Source: an uncultured Candidatus Saccharibacteria bacterium (GTDB lineage Bacteria > Patescibacteriota > Saccharimonadia > Saccharimonadales > Saccharimonadaceae). Taken from it: a stretch of 64,000 nt of DNA. The notes beneath the pieces were generated by a model, which saw only the letters and a list, made by a program, of their open reading frames with translations, searched no databases and was not told the origin of the DNA. The DNA lies in NCBI GenBank assembly GCA_963456285.1, contig CAUOLC010000002.1, positions 25,867-89,866 on the forward strand, given 5' to 3'. A program made the translations under genes and the position numbers. Shown one piece after another: positions 28,607-38,756 of this stretch. How positions within the stretch are numbered: the first letter of the stretch is position 1; each line of letters begins with the position of its first letter.

Positions 28607-29372
28607 GATGAAGGAAGTGGCGCAACCAAGCACTGAGCGCCCAGCAATTATCACGGTGGCTAACCTCAAAAAACAGTTTGGTAGCAACCGCGTGCTCAGG
28701 GATATTGATGTTGAGATTCACGAAGGCGAAGTGGTGGTCGTCGTTGGCTCGAGTGGTTCAGGCAAATCAACGTTTTTGCGTTGCTTGAATCTGCTGGAGA
28801 CGCCGACGGGCGGGCGCATTGTCATCGACGGCGTGGAAACGACAGCGCCGAAAGTCGACCTGAACGCTTTGCGCCAAAAAGTTGGCATGGTATTCCAATC
28901 ATTCAATTTGTTCCCGAACTTGAGCGTGCTGGACAATATCAAACTCGCACCGCGGAAACTACGCAAAGTGTCTGACCGGGCGGCGACTCGTTTGGCAAAG
29001 AAATTGCTGGCGGACGTGGGATTGGCGGACAAAGCCGGGGCCTTTCCTTCGCAGCTCTCGGGCGGGCAAAAGCAGCGTGTCGCCATCGCGAGAGCCCTGG
29101 CCATGGAGCCAGACATCATGTTGTTTGATGAACCAACTTCGGCGCTTGATCCAGAGATGATTGGCGAAGTGTTAGACGTGATCCGTGAGGTCGCCGCCAA
29201 AGGTATGACTATGGTTATCGTCACCCACGAAATGAAGTTTGCGCGCGAAGTGGCTACGCGGATGATTTTCCTGGACAAGGGCGAGATCATCGAAAACGGT
29301 CCGCCGGAGCAGGTGATGGATCATCCAGTGACTGAACGAGCACGAAAGTTTTTCGGTGTCAAAGGGAAATAA
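28593..29372 (+). CDS. polar amino acid ABC transporter ATP-binding protein (GlnQ-like)
   Basis: GSSGSGKST, LSGGQKQRVAIARAL, DEPTSALDPE. Confidence 0.92.
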   Translation: MAVNKMKEVAQPSTERPAIITVANLKKQFGSNRVLRDIDVEIHEGEVVVVVGSSGSGKSTFLRCLNLLETPTGGRIVIDGVETTAPKVDLNALRQKVGMVFQSFNLFPNLSVLDNIKLAPRKLRKVSDRAATRLAKKLLADVGLADKAGAFPSQLSGGQKQRVAIARALAMEPDIMLFDEPTSALDPEMIGEVLDVIREVAAKGMTMVIVTHEMKFAREVATRMIFLDKGEIIENGPPEQVMDHPVTERARKFFGVKGK

Positions 29373-29384
29373 CAGGAGGTCCAG

Positions 29385-29996
29385 ATGAAACATGGTACAG
29401 TCACTAAAAACCATAACATATGGCTGTGTTTGACCATCGGTTTTGTTGGTATTATTGTCGCCGTCATATGCGGCTGGTATATCTGGTCGCGCCCACAGAC
29501 ACCTCCGTCACCACAACCATCAGACGCCGCCCGTTTTAAGGCCGCTTACTCCCGGGTGGCTGATGACAATCGTTTTGTCTTTGCTTCGGCTGGTGAGGTT
29601 TTGGAGAAATTTGAATCAGGCAGCGGCTTGGTTTTCCTTGGCTTTCAGCAATGTCCGTGGTGTCAGCAGCTAGCGCCAATTGTCGATGAAGCCGCCAAAG
29701 CCGAAGGGCTGGATAAAATCTACTATCTGGATATTCGCCATGCCCGCGAAACCAATGACGCTACTTACAAAAAATTGGTTGAGAAGCTAAAACCGCATCT
29801 TCGCACTGATGAGAACGGCCAACCGCGAGTCTATGTTCCTGATGTGACGGCACTAAAGGGCGGCCACATTGTCGGTCATTTCCTCCAAGAAACCATCGCT
29901 GATGGCGAAAAGGCCACCGCTGATACCTATTGGACAGAAGAGCGCCGTGCTCGGGCGGTCGAGCAGCTGAGGCAAATGATTCGGGCCATGCGCTAA
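29385..29996 (+). CDS. membrane-anchored thioredoxin-fold protein
   Basis: N-terminal TM, CPWC motif, YVP cis-Pro; AGGAGG SD. Confidence 0.78.
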   Translation: MKHGTVTKNHNIWLCLTIGFVGIIVAVICGWYIWSRPQTPPSPQPSDAARFKAAYSRVADDNRFVFASAGEVLEKFESGSGLVFLGFQQCPWCQQLAPIVDEAAKAEGLDKIYYLDIRHARETNDATYKKLVEKLKPHLRTDENGQPRVYVPDVTALKGGHIVGHFLQETIADGEKATADTYWTEERRARAVEQLRQMIRAMR

Positions 29997-30022
29997 CATA
30001 AGCATTATGGTATAGTAACAAT

Positions 30023-30811
30023 ATGAAGCAAACTAACCAATTATCACAAATACGCCAATTTTTGTTATATATATCCATCAGTCTTTTCTCGGTTTGTGCT
30101 CTCATGGGAATCATGGCTGCCTTATCTGGGCCAGTGGACTGGCGAATCTTAGTGACCACCTTGTTTACTGCAGTCGCCTCGCTGTTTGCCATGGGGGGAG
30201 TTGCCCGCCTGGAGGATGAGCAGCGTTTGATCAAGACACTGTCGGTCGTATCGTTAATTGTCAATGCTTTGTGGCTGTTGGGTGCATTAATACTAGTGTG
30301 GGACTTGTTGTCTTCCTTGGGAATTTGTAACACAAATATTAGTTCCGATTTTCCTGGAGGCTATGATTATATGTTGTGTGGTCAGCTCGAAGAAATATTG
30401 ACCAAGCTGACAGTTACTGCGTTCATCATCACATCGCTAACTGCATTGACTGCCAAGTTTCTTTCCTTCAAACGTAACGATTCAATCATTTCAGGACTGG
30501 TAACGCTGACCATTAGTAGTGCTAGTTTGTTGAGTTTGGTGGGTTTGAGTATTTTGTGGCAAAAACATGGTGGTGATGCCTTGACTGCTAACTGGCAATT
30601 ATTGACCATCTTTGGCATCTTAACGGTATTTGGGTTGGTGGTTACACCGGTGTTGATACGGGCGCAAGCTTACAAACAAAAGTCGCAGGTAGCCGTGTCT
30701 GATGAAGAGCGTCAACGACTGCGCCAGGAGATCGAGCAGGAAGTTCGTGCAGAACTTGCCGTCGAACAACAGTCAGATAAGCCTGAGGATAGCAAGGACG
30801 GAGCGGAGTAG
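30023..30811 (+). CDS. hypothetical multi-pass membrane protein
   Basis: 262 aa, about 6 TM segments, charged tail. Confidence 0.72.
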   Translation: MKQTNQLSQIRQFLLYISISLFSVCALMGIMAALSGPVDWRILVTTLFTAVASLFAMGGVARLEDEQRLIKTLSVVSLIVNALWLLGALILVWDLLSSLGICNTNISSDFPGGYDYMLCGQLEEILTKLTVTAFIITSLTALTAKFLSFKRNDSIISGLVTLTISSASLLSLVGLSILWQKHGGDALTANWQLLTIFGILTVFGLVVTPVLIRAQAYKQKSQVAVSDEERQRLRQEIEQEVRAELAVEQQSDKPEDSKDGAE

Positions 30812-31279
30812 TTATAGCTCGCTGATGATCTGGACGTCAGTTGATTTGTTTATCAGCCAATCCAGATCAACCTCTGTCAGGTAGCTTGGCAAAATCCGCG
30901 TGGTTTTTGGATCAACAAAGCCGCATCTCGCCACTTCTTTGACGCCGTGCGATGTTTGCTCCAGGTCGATGTGCTGGTAATCTTGCCAGTTGGTGATGAG
31001 AAAGAAAAATTCCAATTGCTCATTTGGGCCGTGTGCTGATTGTTCGCCTGATTCGGCGAATTGTTGTATGAATAACAACTTTCCGATCTCTGGTTCAACA
31101 CCCGTTTCTTCAATCATCTCCCGATGCAAACCGTCCAGCAGACTTTCACCGCTTTCCAAGCCGCCGCCCGGCGTACACCAAAAATTCCGTCCTTTGCCAC
31201 TATTTGCGGTCAATTGTTGGCAAAAAATCTCGCCCTGATCGTTGATAATAATTCCGCGTACATTAACTCGCCGCCGCAT
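30812..31279 (-). CDS. NUDIX hydrolase
   Basis: PGGGLESGESLLDGLHREMIEETG Nudix box. Confidence 0.88.
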   Translation of the reverse strand: MRRRVNVRGIIINDQGEIFCQQLTANSGKGRNFWCTPGGGLESGESLLDGLHREMIEETGVEPEIGKLLFIQQFAESGEQSAHGPNEQLEFFFLITNWQDYQHIDLEQTSHGVKEVARCGFVDPKTTRILPSYLTEVDLDWLINKSTDVQIISEL

Positions 31280-31347
31280 ATAACCTCCTTTACTTTCGTA
31301 GTCGCCAGAGGTTCTCGTTGGTGAACGTACGCTTCAAATAATTCCCG

Positions 31348-31424
31348 TGGTCGGGGTGACTGGATTTGAACCAGCGACCTCACCGTCCCGAACGGTGCGC
31401 GCTACCAAGCTGCGCCACACCCCG
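31348..31424 (-). tRNA. tRNA-Pro(CGG)
   Basis: Reverse complement CGGGGTGTGGCGCAGCTTGGTAGCGCGCACCGTTCGGGACGGTG...GGTTCAAATCCAGTCACCCCGACCA; cloverleaf with encoded CCA. Confidence 0.95.
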
Positions 31425-31536
31425 ACGCTAAAAATAGTATACGTCCAGCAGATACTTTTGTCCAATGAGGCTCTGTGACGGTTGGTTTGTATTATGGTAA
31501 AATAGAGACTGGATTTGAGGTACTAAAAGAACAATT

Positions 31537-33300
31537 ATGAAGCATATTTTACGAATTTTTAGCGGCTACTGGCTGATGTTTATCATCTTGGTCAGCTTTA
31601 CCTACGCCATGGTGATGGCGAATTTGTGGCTACCTGACAAGATGTCGGAAATCGTCAATAACGGCATCATCAAACAAGATATGCCGGCGATTTGGCACAA
31701 CGGACTAGCGATGATTGTGGTGACGGCGGCGGGCGGGTTGTGTTCAATTGTCATCGGGTTTTTGGCGGCTCGGATCGCCACCGGTATGGCGCAAAAATTA
31801 CGAACAGAATTGTTTGAGCGAGTCGAAAGTTTCGCGCTGGCGGATTTTAATAAATTTTCCACCGCCTCGCTGATCACGCGCTCGACCAACGACATTCAGC
31901 AAATCCAGATGACGTCAATCCTGCTGCTGCGCCTGGCATTGATGGCACCAATCATGGCAATTGGCGGTCTGCAAAAAGCCATTCATAACGCACCAAATTT
32001 GAGCTGGATCATTGCGCTGGCAGTGTCGGTGTTGCTGGTCGTCATTGCCGTACTGTTCGTCATTGCTGTGCCGCGGTTTAAGAAATTGCAAACGCTGGTG
32101 GACAAGCTCAATTTGGTGACGCGCGAAAATCTGGTCGGCTTGAAAGTCATCCGCGCCTTTCACAATGAAAAGATTGAGCAGAAAAAGTTCCAGCAAGCCA
32201 ACACTGAGCTAAACAAAATGAACTTATTTGTCAATCGGCTGATGATGCTGCTTGACCCAATCATGACGCTGGTGATGAACTTTTCTAGCGTGGCGATTGT
32301 CTGGTTCGGCGCCCATTTGATCAGTAGCGGCAATCTGCAAATTGGTAATATGATGGCGTTTTTGGAATACGCCATGCAGGTGATTATTTCTTTCTTGCTG
32401 CTGTCGATGGTGTTTATCATGGTGCCGCGGGCGGCCGTGTCGGTAAAGCGGGTGGGCGAGGTGCTCGACACGTTGCCGTCAATTGTTGATCCATCGTCGC
32501 CGCAGCAATTGCCAGATGACGCTACGGGTAAAATTGAATTCAAAGATGTGACCTTTACCTATCCAGATGCTGACTTGCCGGTACTGTCTAGTATCAATTT
32601 CACGGCCGAACCAGGGCAAACCACAGCGTTTATCGGTAGTACTGGGTCTGGCAAATCAACGTTGATCAATTTGATTCCGCGTTTTTACGATGTGTCGGCG
32701 GGACAGATCTTACTGGACGGCGTGGATATCAGAAATTTGAAGCTGGAAGATTTGTACGATCAAATCGGCTACGTACCGCAAAAAGGCGTGCTGTTTAGCG
32801 GGACGATTGTCAGTAATATCAAGTACGGCAACGCCAAAGCCAGCCAAAAATTGGTCGAAAAATCCGCTAAAATCGCGCAAGCCGCCGAGTTCATCAGCGA
32901 GCTAAAAAACGGTTACAAAAATGACATCGCTCAAGGCGGCAGCAATGTTTCCGGTGGTCAACGGCAGCGTTTGTCGATTGCCCGGGCGATTGCTGTCGAG
33001 CCGAATGTCTACATTTTTGACGATTCGTTCTCGGCGCTGGATTTCAAGACTGACGCTAAATTACGCTCGGCACTGGCAAAAGAAACCAAGCATAAAACTG
33101 TGCTCATCGTCGGTCAGCGCATCAATACCATCATGAACGCTGACAAAATCATCGTGCTGGACGAAGGTAAAATTGTCGGTCAGGGCACTCACCAGGAATT
33201 GATGAAAAATTGCCAAGTCTATCAAGAAATTGCTGCCTCCCAGCTCTCAGAAGACGACCTGCAGAAAATGTCGGCGACGACCGCGAAAGGAGCGGCATGA
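31537..33300 (+). CDS. heterodimeric multidrug ABC exporter subunit A (TMD+NBD, degenerate site)
   Basis: TM domain, GSTGSGKST, VSGGQRQR, FDDSFSALD. Confidence 0.9.
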   Translation: MKHILRIFSGYWLMFIILVSFTYAMVMANLWLPDKMSEIVNNGIIKQDMPAIWHNGLAMIVVTAAGGLCSIVIGFLAARIATGMAQKLRTELFERVESFALADFNKFSTASLITRSTNDIQQIQMTSILLLRLALMAPIMAIGGLQKAIHNAPNLSWIIALAVSVLLVVIAVLFVIAVPRFKKLQTLVDKLNLVTRENLVGLKVIRAFHNEKIEQKKFQQANTELNKMNLFVNRLMMLLDPIMTLVMNFSSVAIVWFGAHLISSGNLQIGNMMAFLEYAMQVIISFLLLSMVFIMVPRAAVSVKRVGEVLDTLPSIVDPSSPQQLPDDATGKIEFKDVTFTYPDADLPVLSSINFTAEPGQTTAFIGSTGSGKSTLINLIPRFYDVSAGQILLDGVDIRNLKLEDLYDQIGYVPQKGVLFSGTIVSNIKYGNAKASQKLVEKSAKIAQAAEFISELKNGYKNDIAQGGSNVSGGQRQRLSIARAIAVEPNVYIFDDSFSALDFKTDAKLRSALAKETKHKTVLIVGQRINTIMNADKIIVLDEGKIVGQGTHQELMKNCQVYQEIAASQLSEDDLQKMSATTAKGAA

Positions 33301-35297
33301 TGGCCAAGCAAAGCATGAAAAAACGCCAGCCAGTGAAGATGGGTGGTCCAATGGTCGGTGGTATGGGCGCCGGCGAAAAAGCCAAGGATTTCAAAGGCAC
33401 GGTCAAGAAGTTAGCTAAATATTTGGCAGAGTTCCGCTGGCACATGCTCATGGTGGCGATTTTCGCGGTCGGTAGTACAACGTTTGCGATTGTCAGTCCG
33501 AAGATTTTGGGCGGCGCCACCAACCAAATCGTCGAAGATTATGTCAGTATGAAGGCTTACGAAACCATCACCAGTAAGCTGCCAAATGGTGCTTCGTTGC
33601 CAGCTGGCACGACCGGTGCTGATGTTCTGAAGCGGCTACCGAACAAGTCGGAAATTGAAAGCCAAATTCCATCCAACCAGCTTGATACCATCAAAAAACT
33701 GGATCTCAGCCAGCGCCCAGAATTTCACTTTGAGGCAATTTGGCGGGTCGTTAGTTTGCTAATTGGTTTGTATGTGCTCAGCGCCATTTTCCGCTACATC
33801 CAAACCTGGCTGATGACCCAAGTGACGCAGACGGTTACCTTCAGAATGCGCCGGCAATTGTCCGAGAAAATCAACCGCCTGCCGCTGAGCTATTTTGACA
33901 AGCAAACCTACGGCGAGGTGCTCAGCCGCGTCACTAATGACGTCGACACCATCAGCCAGACGCTCAATCAAAGCCTGTCGCAAATCGTCTCCTCAACAGT
34001 GATGGTGCTGGGGATTTTGGCGATGATGTTTTCCATCAGCTGGCAAATGTCGCTGGTGGCGTTCTTGGTGCTGCCACTGGCTGGCGGCGTGGTGACGCTG
34101 ATTGCTAAAAGCTCGCAAAAGCAATTCCTCCGCCAGCAAACGCAGCTGGGTGAACTAAACGGCCACATCGAAGAAATGTACGGTGGCCATCAGGTGATGC
34201 GCGTGTTCAACGGCCAGAAAAAGTCGCTGGCTAAGTTTTCACGGATTAACAATCAGCTGCAGGAAAGCGCCTGGAAAGCTCAATTTTTGTCGGGGCTGAT
34301 TTATCCGATCATGAATTTCATCGGCAATATCGGTTACGTCATCATGGCGATTTTGGGCGGTTGGCTGGCGATTAACGGCCGGCTGAAAATCGGTGACATC
34401 CAAGCCTTCATTCAATACATCGACCAATTCAACCAGCCGCTGGTGCAAGTTGCTAACATCGCCAATGTACTGCAATCGACCGCCGCTGCCGCCGAGCGCG
34501 TGTTTGAATTTTTGGACGAGCCGGAAGAACAGGCGGAAGGTAAGGATTTGGTAAAATTGGCAAACGTCAAGGGCGAAGTTGAATTTGATGATGTGGTCTT
34601 TGGCTATAAGCCTGACCAAACTATCATCAAAGGTTTGTCGGCGCACATCAAGCCAGGCCAGCGCGTGGCGATTGTCGGTCCGACAGGCGCCGGCAAAACC
34701 ACCTTGGTCAATTTGTTGATGCGATTTTACGAAATTAACAGCGGTGCGATTAAAATTGACGGCGTGGATATTCGCCAGATGAAGCGCAGCGATGTGCGGC
34801 AACTGTTTGGTATGGTACTGCAGGACACCTGGCTGTTTAATGGCACGATTCGCCAAAATTTGCTCTACGGCAATCCAACGGCGAGCGAGGAAGAGATGGT
34901 TGCCACCGCCAAGGAGGCGCATATCGATCACTTTGTGCGGTCGCTACCGGGCGGTTATGACATGATGCTGGGCGAGGAAGCCACGAACATTTCACAGGGC
35001 GAGAAGCAGCTACTGACGATCGCCCGGGCAATGCTGGCGCGCACGCCGATGCTGATTTTGGACGAAGCCACCAGCTCGGTTGACACCCGTACCGAAGTGC
35101 TCATTCAAAAAGCTATGGATAAATTAATGCAGGGTAAAACTAGCTTTGTCATCGCTCATCGTCTGAGTACTATTCGCGACGCCGACCTAATCTTGGTCGT
35201 CCGCGACGGCAACATCATCGAACAGGGCAAGCACGACGAACTGCTGCAGCAGAACGGCTTTTACGCTGAGCTGTATAATAGTCAGTTTGCTGAGTGA
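33297..35297 (+). CDS. heterodimeric multidrug ABC exporter subunit B (TMD+NBD)
   Basis: ATGA overlap; GPTGAGKT, ISQGEKQL, LDEATSSVD, IAHRLST. Confidence 0.9.
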   Translation: MMAKQSMKKRQPVKMGGPMVGGMGAGEKAKDFKGTVKKLAKYLAEFRWHMLMVAIFAVGSTTFAIVSPKILGGATNQIVEDYVSMKAYETITSKLPNGASLPAGTTGADVLKRLPNKSEIESQIPSNQLDTIKKLDLSQRPEFHFEAIWRVVSLLIGLYVLSAIFRYIQTWLMTQVTQTVTFRMRRQLSEKINRLPLSYFDKQTYGEVLSRVTNDVDTISQTLNQSLSQIVSSTVMVLGILAMMFSISWQMSLVAFLVLPLAGGVVTLIAKSSQKQFLRQQTQLGELNGHIEEMYGGHQVMRVFNGQKKSLAKFSRINNQLQESAWKAQFLSGLIYPIMNFIGNIGYVIMAILGGWLAINGRLKIGDIQAFIQYIDQFNQPLVQVANIANVLQSTAAAAERVFEFLDEPEEQAEGKDLVKLANVKGEVEFDDVVFGYKPDQTIIKGLSAHIKPGQRVAIVGPTGAGKTTLVNLLMRFYEINSGAIKIDGVDIRQMKRSDVRQLFGMVLQDTWLFNGTIRQNLLYGNPTASEEEMVATAKEAHIDHFVRSLPGGYDMMLGEEATNISQGEKQLLTIARAMLARTPMLILDEATSSVDTRTEVLIQKAMDKLMQGKTSFVIAHRLSTIRDADLILVVRDGNIIEQGKHDELLQQNGFYAELYNSQFAE

Positions 35298-35348
35298 TTG
35301 GGCGTTGGTGAGATTAGCATGAGATAATAGAAATAGAGGGCGTAAATT

Positions 35349-35954
35349 ATGGCACTACCAAAGAATAAAGAAGTTAAAACTATTATAGAAAAATGTGTAT
35401 CGCAGAGATTTAATAGTGTCATGAAGTTTGAGACGCGACCGTTCAATGAATCCCCGCACATTATTCAGCACGAGGGAAAAGTGCTTATGTATAATACTCT
35501 AGATGATCAAGACTCTCAAAAAACTATGGAATATAGGAAAGCGGAATTTACACACAAAACCGACCTCCAGCAGCTTATATCAATGACTCCAGAAGACGTC
35601 ATTAAAGTGTTAGATGAGGGGGCTAAAAGTATAGGTGGTCAAATGGTAAAACATCATTTCCAAGTTTTGGACGCTGCAGTAGAAGAGGCGGAAAATGTTA
35701 TTCATGCCAAAGACCAAGAGATTACACCAGAAACTTTTCTTGACGCGATGCGAAAAATAAGCATATCATTTGATAAAGATGGTAACCCTGAACTTCCCAC
35801 TGTGGTAATTAACGAAAAAATGTCTGATGCATGGAGAGAGGTTATAGAAGAAGCGGAGGTAAACCCTAAACATAAAGAAGAATTCAATAAAATAATTGAA
35901 CAAAAGAGGAAAGAATACAATGCAGAGCAAGCTGGTAGAAAATTGGTTGACTAG
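35349..35954 (+). CDS. hypothetical protein (AT-rich cassette gene 1)
   Basis: 201-aa ORF with AGAGGG SD; overlaps the next gene. Confidence 0.75.
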   Translation: MALPKNKEVKTIIEKCVSQRFNSVMKFETRPFNESPHIIQHEGKVLMYNTLDDQDSQKTMEYRKAEFTHKTDLQQLISMTPEDVIKVLDEGAKSIGGQMVKHHFQVLDAAVEEAENVIHAKDQEITPETFLDAMRKISISFDKDGNPELPTVVINEKMSDAWREVIEEAEVNPKHKEEFNKIIEQKRKEYNAEQAGRKLVD

Positions 35955-37533
35955 TGCTAAAGAACTCAGCTTTACTGCTCCATTTGTTCAGCTATTGATC
36001 GCTGAAGGCTTTACCGTTCTGCAATCCAAGGGTGGGGTTAATGAGCAAGGCAAAGACGTCATAGCTAAAAGTCCTGAAGGTAAGATTTGTTGTTTTCAAT
36101 TGAAATGTGGAAATATAGGCAGTAAAGAGTGGCAGTCTATAAATGGCCAACTGAATGATCTAACTGGCATTGCACCTACTCACCCTAAAATCGCTAAAAT
36201 TCCAAAGGATTGGGAATGTTTTTTGGTGACCAATGGTGATATCACCGGACCAGTATTAAACACAATTTTAGATTATTCAAAGACGAACATAGACAACAAT
36301 AGGATGCCCTTACAAACCATTGCCAAAGATGAGTTGTTGCGCAGGTTTTCTGATGCTTTTGGTAAATTCTTTCCTATTGAACCAAACGAAATACATGTAT
36401 TTTTTGAGTTGTTCTGCGAGGATGGCGATAATATACTGAGAAAACAAAATTTTAAACAGTATCTTGAGAGGTTTTTGTCGAACTTTAATTCCATAAAATC
36501 AAACCAGAAAAAGATAGAAGCCCTTCAGGCTGTCCCAGTTATAGCTAGTTACATACTAACTAACAAGTATACAAAGGAAAATTATATAGCACTTATTGAC
36601 GCCTGGGTTCTTACGCTGTTGACTATATTGTATTATGCAAACAAGTGGTCTCTGAACGAGAATAAATACGAAACAACAGAACGTTTAATACTTGAAGAAA
36701 TAGATAGGCTATCTTTTTGCCTTATCAATGAAGTGGCTAATAATCGTGATTCATTTGTAGATACAACTTACGGATACTTCTCTGAGCCAATATTAGCCCA
36801 TAGGCTTAGATGTACTGAGCTTCTGGGATATATCTCGGGGGCGATAAATTATTTTGCGTTATCAAATCGCGAAGTAGACAATATTTTAAAAAATCTTTCT
36901 GAGAAGATTTCATTTTTATCTAGTAATAGAGCGATGCTTAGTGAGGGTGCTACTCCAAGTTACTTTAATTTATTATTGTTACAACCCAGAATTGCCGACA
37001 CTGACCAGACGATAGTTACAGGCTTGCGGCAATTGGTAGATAATATAATTATGACTCATCTGGATAGCGGTAGTGGATTGGCTAGTCCGTACTACTCAAC
37101 TGAACAGGTGGTAGCTCACTTATTTGGAGCCGGAGATCCTATTGAAGAAGATTTTCATAATAGGAGTTATGTATTATGGTCGGCGATACTTTTACTAGTT
37201 AAGTACAATCAACGAGATTTCTTAAATGATAGATGGAAATACATATCTGAGATAGCCATGGAGGAAATTGTAGCACAAGATCAAAATGACTTATTATTGT
37301 GGAGGGTAAATGATGCAACAATGGTTGATACATTTCCTAATGCAGAACAGTCGTGGTCAGCTTTGCGTAGTCAAGCGTCCAAATCATATAACGAAGAGAT
37401 ACCATCAATACTATTGAAGCGAAAATATTTAATACCTCTCATGATTTTGGCCATGCCTCATAGGCTTACTCCCAAATTGATTATGAGCCTCGCCAATTTC
37501 TCAGCAAAATCAAACAAAGACATTTCTGTCTAA
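35920..37533 (+). CDS. protein with N-terminal PD-(D/E)XK-like restriction endonuclease domain (AT-rich cassette gene 2)
   Basis: E...EQGKDVIA...CFQLKCG motif typical of Mrr-like REases; long helical C-terminus; AGAGGA SD before ATG 35920. Confidence 0.68.
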   Translation: MQSKLVENWLTSAKELSFTAPFVQLLIAEGFTVLQSKGGVNEQGKDVIAKSPEGKICCFQLKCGNIGSKEWQSINGQLNDLTGIAPTHPKIAKIPKDWECFLVTNGDITGPVLNTILDYSKTNIDNNRMPLQTIAKDELLRRFSDAFGKFFPIEPNEIHVFFELFCEDGDNILRKQNFKQYLERFLSNFNSIKSNQKKIEALQAVPVIASYILTNKYTKENYIALIDAWVLTLLTILYYANKWSLNENKYETTERLILEEIDRLSFCLINEVANNRDSFVDTTYGYFSEPILAHRLRCTELLGYISGAINYFALSNREVDNILKNLSEKISFLSSNRAMLSEGATPSYFNLLLLQPRIADTDQTIVTGLRQLVDNIIMTHLDSGSGLASPYYSTEQVVAHLFGAGDPIEEDFHNRSYVLWSAILLLVKYNQRDFLNDRWKYISEIAMEEIVAQDQNDLLLWRVNDATMVDTFPNAEQSWSALRSQASKSYNEEIPSILLKRKYLIPLMILAMPHRLTPKLIMSLANFSAKSNKDISV

Positions 37534-37557
37534 AAATCTATTCGATGAATTGGTAGC

Positions 37558-38019
37558 TTAACTCCGTCGCAAAACATCCAGCACGCCAAACTTTCCAGTC
37601 AATACGGCCTGATCGATGATGTGCGGCGTGAGAGCGGCGATGAGCTCTCTTGGCTTGGTGCTGTCTAGTAAATCTAACGTCGTGTCCAGCGCGTACACAT
37701 AAAATTGGTAGCGGTGTGTGCCAAATGGCGGTTGCGGTCCGCCCCAGCCAGGCTGACCCCAACTCGTAACACCTTCGACCGCGCCCGCTGGCAGTGACTC
37801 GCCAGTTATTTCAGTAGTTTCGGCCGGTAAATTCCAAACCGTCCAATGATAGAACCCATCGCACCCAGGCGCATCAGGGTCGTGGCAGACGATTGCCAGG
37901 CTTTTAGCGTCTGCCGGTACGTCGCTGATCTCGAGTGGCGGGCGTTGATTACCGCCGAGCTTGGCGTAAATTTTTGGTATCTTAGCGTTTTCGGCGAAGG
38001 CGGGGCTGGTGATTTTCAT
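37558..38019 (-). CDS. YbhB/YbcL (PEBP/RKIP) family protein
   Basis: MKITSPAF, DPDAP, HW..WN, GPQPP.GTHRY.FYVYALD. Confidence 0.9.
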   Translation of the reverse strand: MKITSPAFAENAKIPKIYAKLGGNQRPPLEISDVPADAKSLAIVCHDPDAPGCDGFYHWTVWNLPAETTEITGESLPAGAVEGVTSWGQPGWGGPQPPFGTHRYQFYVYALDTTLDLLDSTKPRELIAALTPHIIDQAVLTGKFGVLDVLRRS

Positions 38020-38050
38020 ACTATGATTGTAGCATGAAGCTGGTATACTG

Positions 38051-38674
38051 ATGACAGTAATGATCACCGACCAACTCCTTGCCAAATATCCCATCATCTC
38101 TGACCAAGTTGATGCCAAAGAACTCGGTGCTTTGCTGCGGGAGCTGGAAACAGTGCTGCGTAGTGGTACGACTGGTAACATTGTAGAATTTGGCTGTTAT
38201 GTTGGCACAACGAGTTTATTTATCCGGCGACTGCTGGACGCTTATAATTTTACCGGTGAGTTTCATGTTTACGATTCGTTCGCGGGCTTGCCAGAAAAAA
38301 CCCAAGCAGACAACAGCGCTGCTGGCGAGCAGTTCAAGGCGGGTGAATTGTTGGCGCCGCGTAAAACCTTCGTTCAGAATTTCAAGAAAGCAGGACTAAG
38401 ACCGCCGGTTATTCATAAAGGTTGGTTCGCTGATTTCACTACTGAGGACGTGCCGGAAAGTATCATCTTTGCGTTTTTTGACGGCGATTTTTATGAGTCA
38501 ATTGCCGATTCATTTCGCGTCTGCGACGGCAAGTTTCAGGAAACGGCGACCATCATCGTTGATGACTACGCCAATGAAGCGTTGCCAGGCGCAGCACGGG
38601 CGGTCGACGAGTGGCTGAAGCGCCATCCAGCTCAGGTGATAGTCGAGTCATCGTTGGCCATCATTCGGCGATGA
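38051..38674 (+). CDS. TylF/MycF-family O-methyltransferase
   Basis: VEFGCYVG, YDSFAGLP, HKGWF, DGDFYES, VDDY. Confidence 0.85.
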   Translation: MTVMITDQLLAKYPIISDQVDAKELGALLRELETVLRSGTTGNIVEFGCYVGTTSLFIRRLLDAYNFTGEFHVYDSFAGLPEKTQADNSAAGEQFKAGELLAPRKTFVQNFKKAGLRPPVIHKGWFADFTTEDVPESIIFAFFDGDFYESIADSFRVCDGKFQETATIIVDDYANEALPGAARAVDEWLKRHPAQVIVESSLAIIRR

Positions 38675-38756
38675 GCTAACCTCTGAATGATGCTTGTGTT
38701 CTATTTGGTATATGCTATATTATTAGTATAACCATAAACAAAAAGGGGACGGGGGT

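Noticed and set aside
31280..31424. tRNA-Pro as integration site with att duplication
   Set aside because: No duplicate of the tRNA 3' end noticed in the window and no integrase nearby
28718..34931. Long antisense ORFs (e.g. 28718..29290, 29761..30333, 34239..34931)
   Set aside because: Shadows of well-supported plus-strand genes with no motifs of their own
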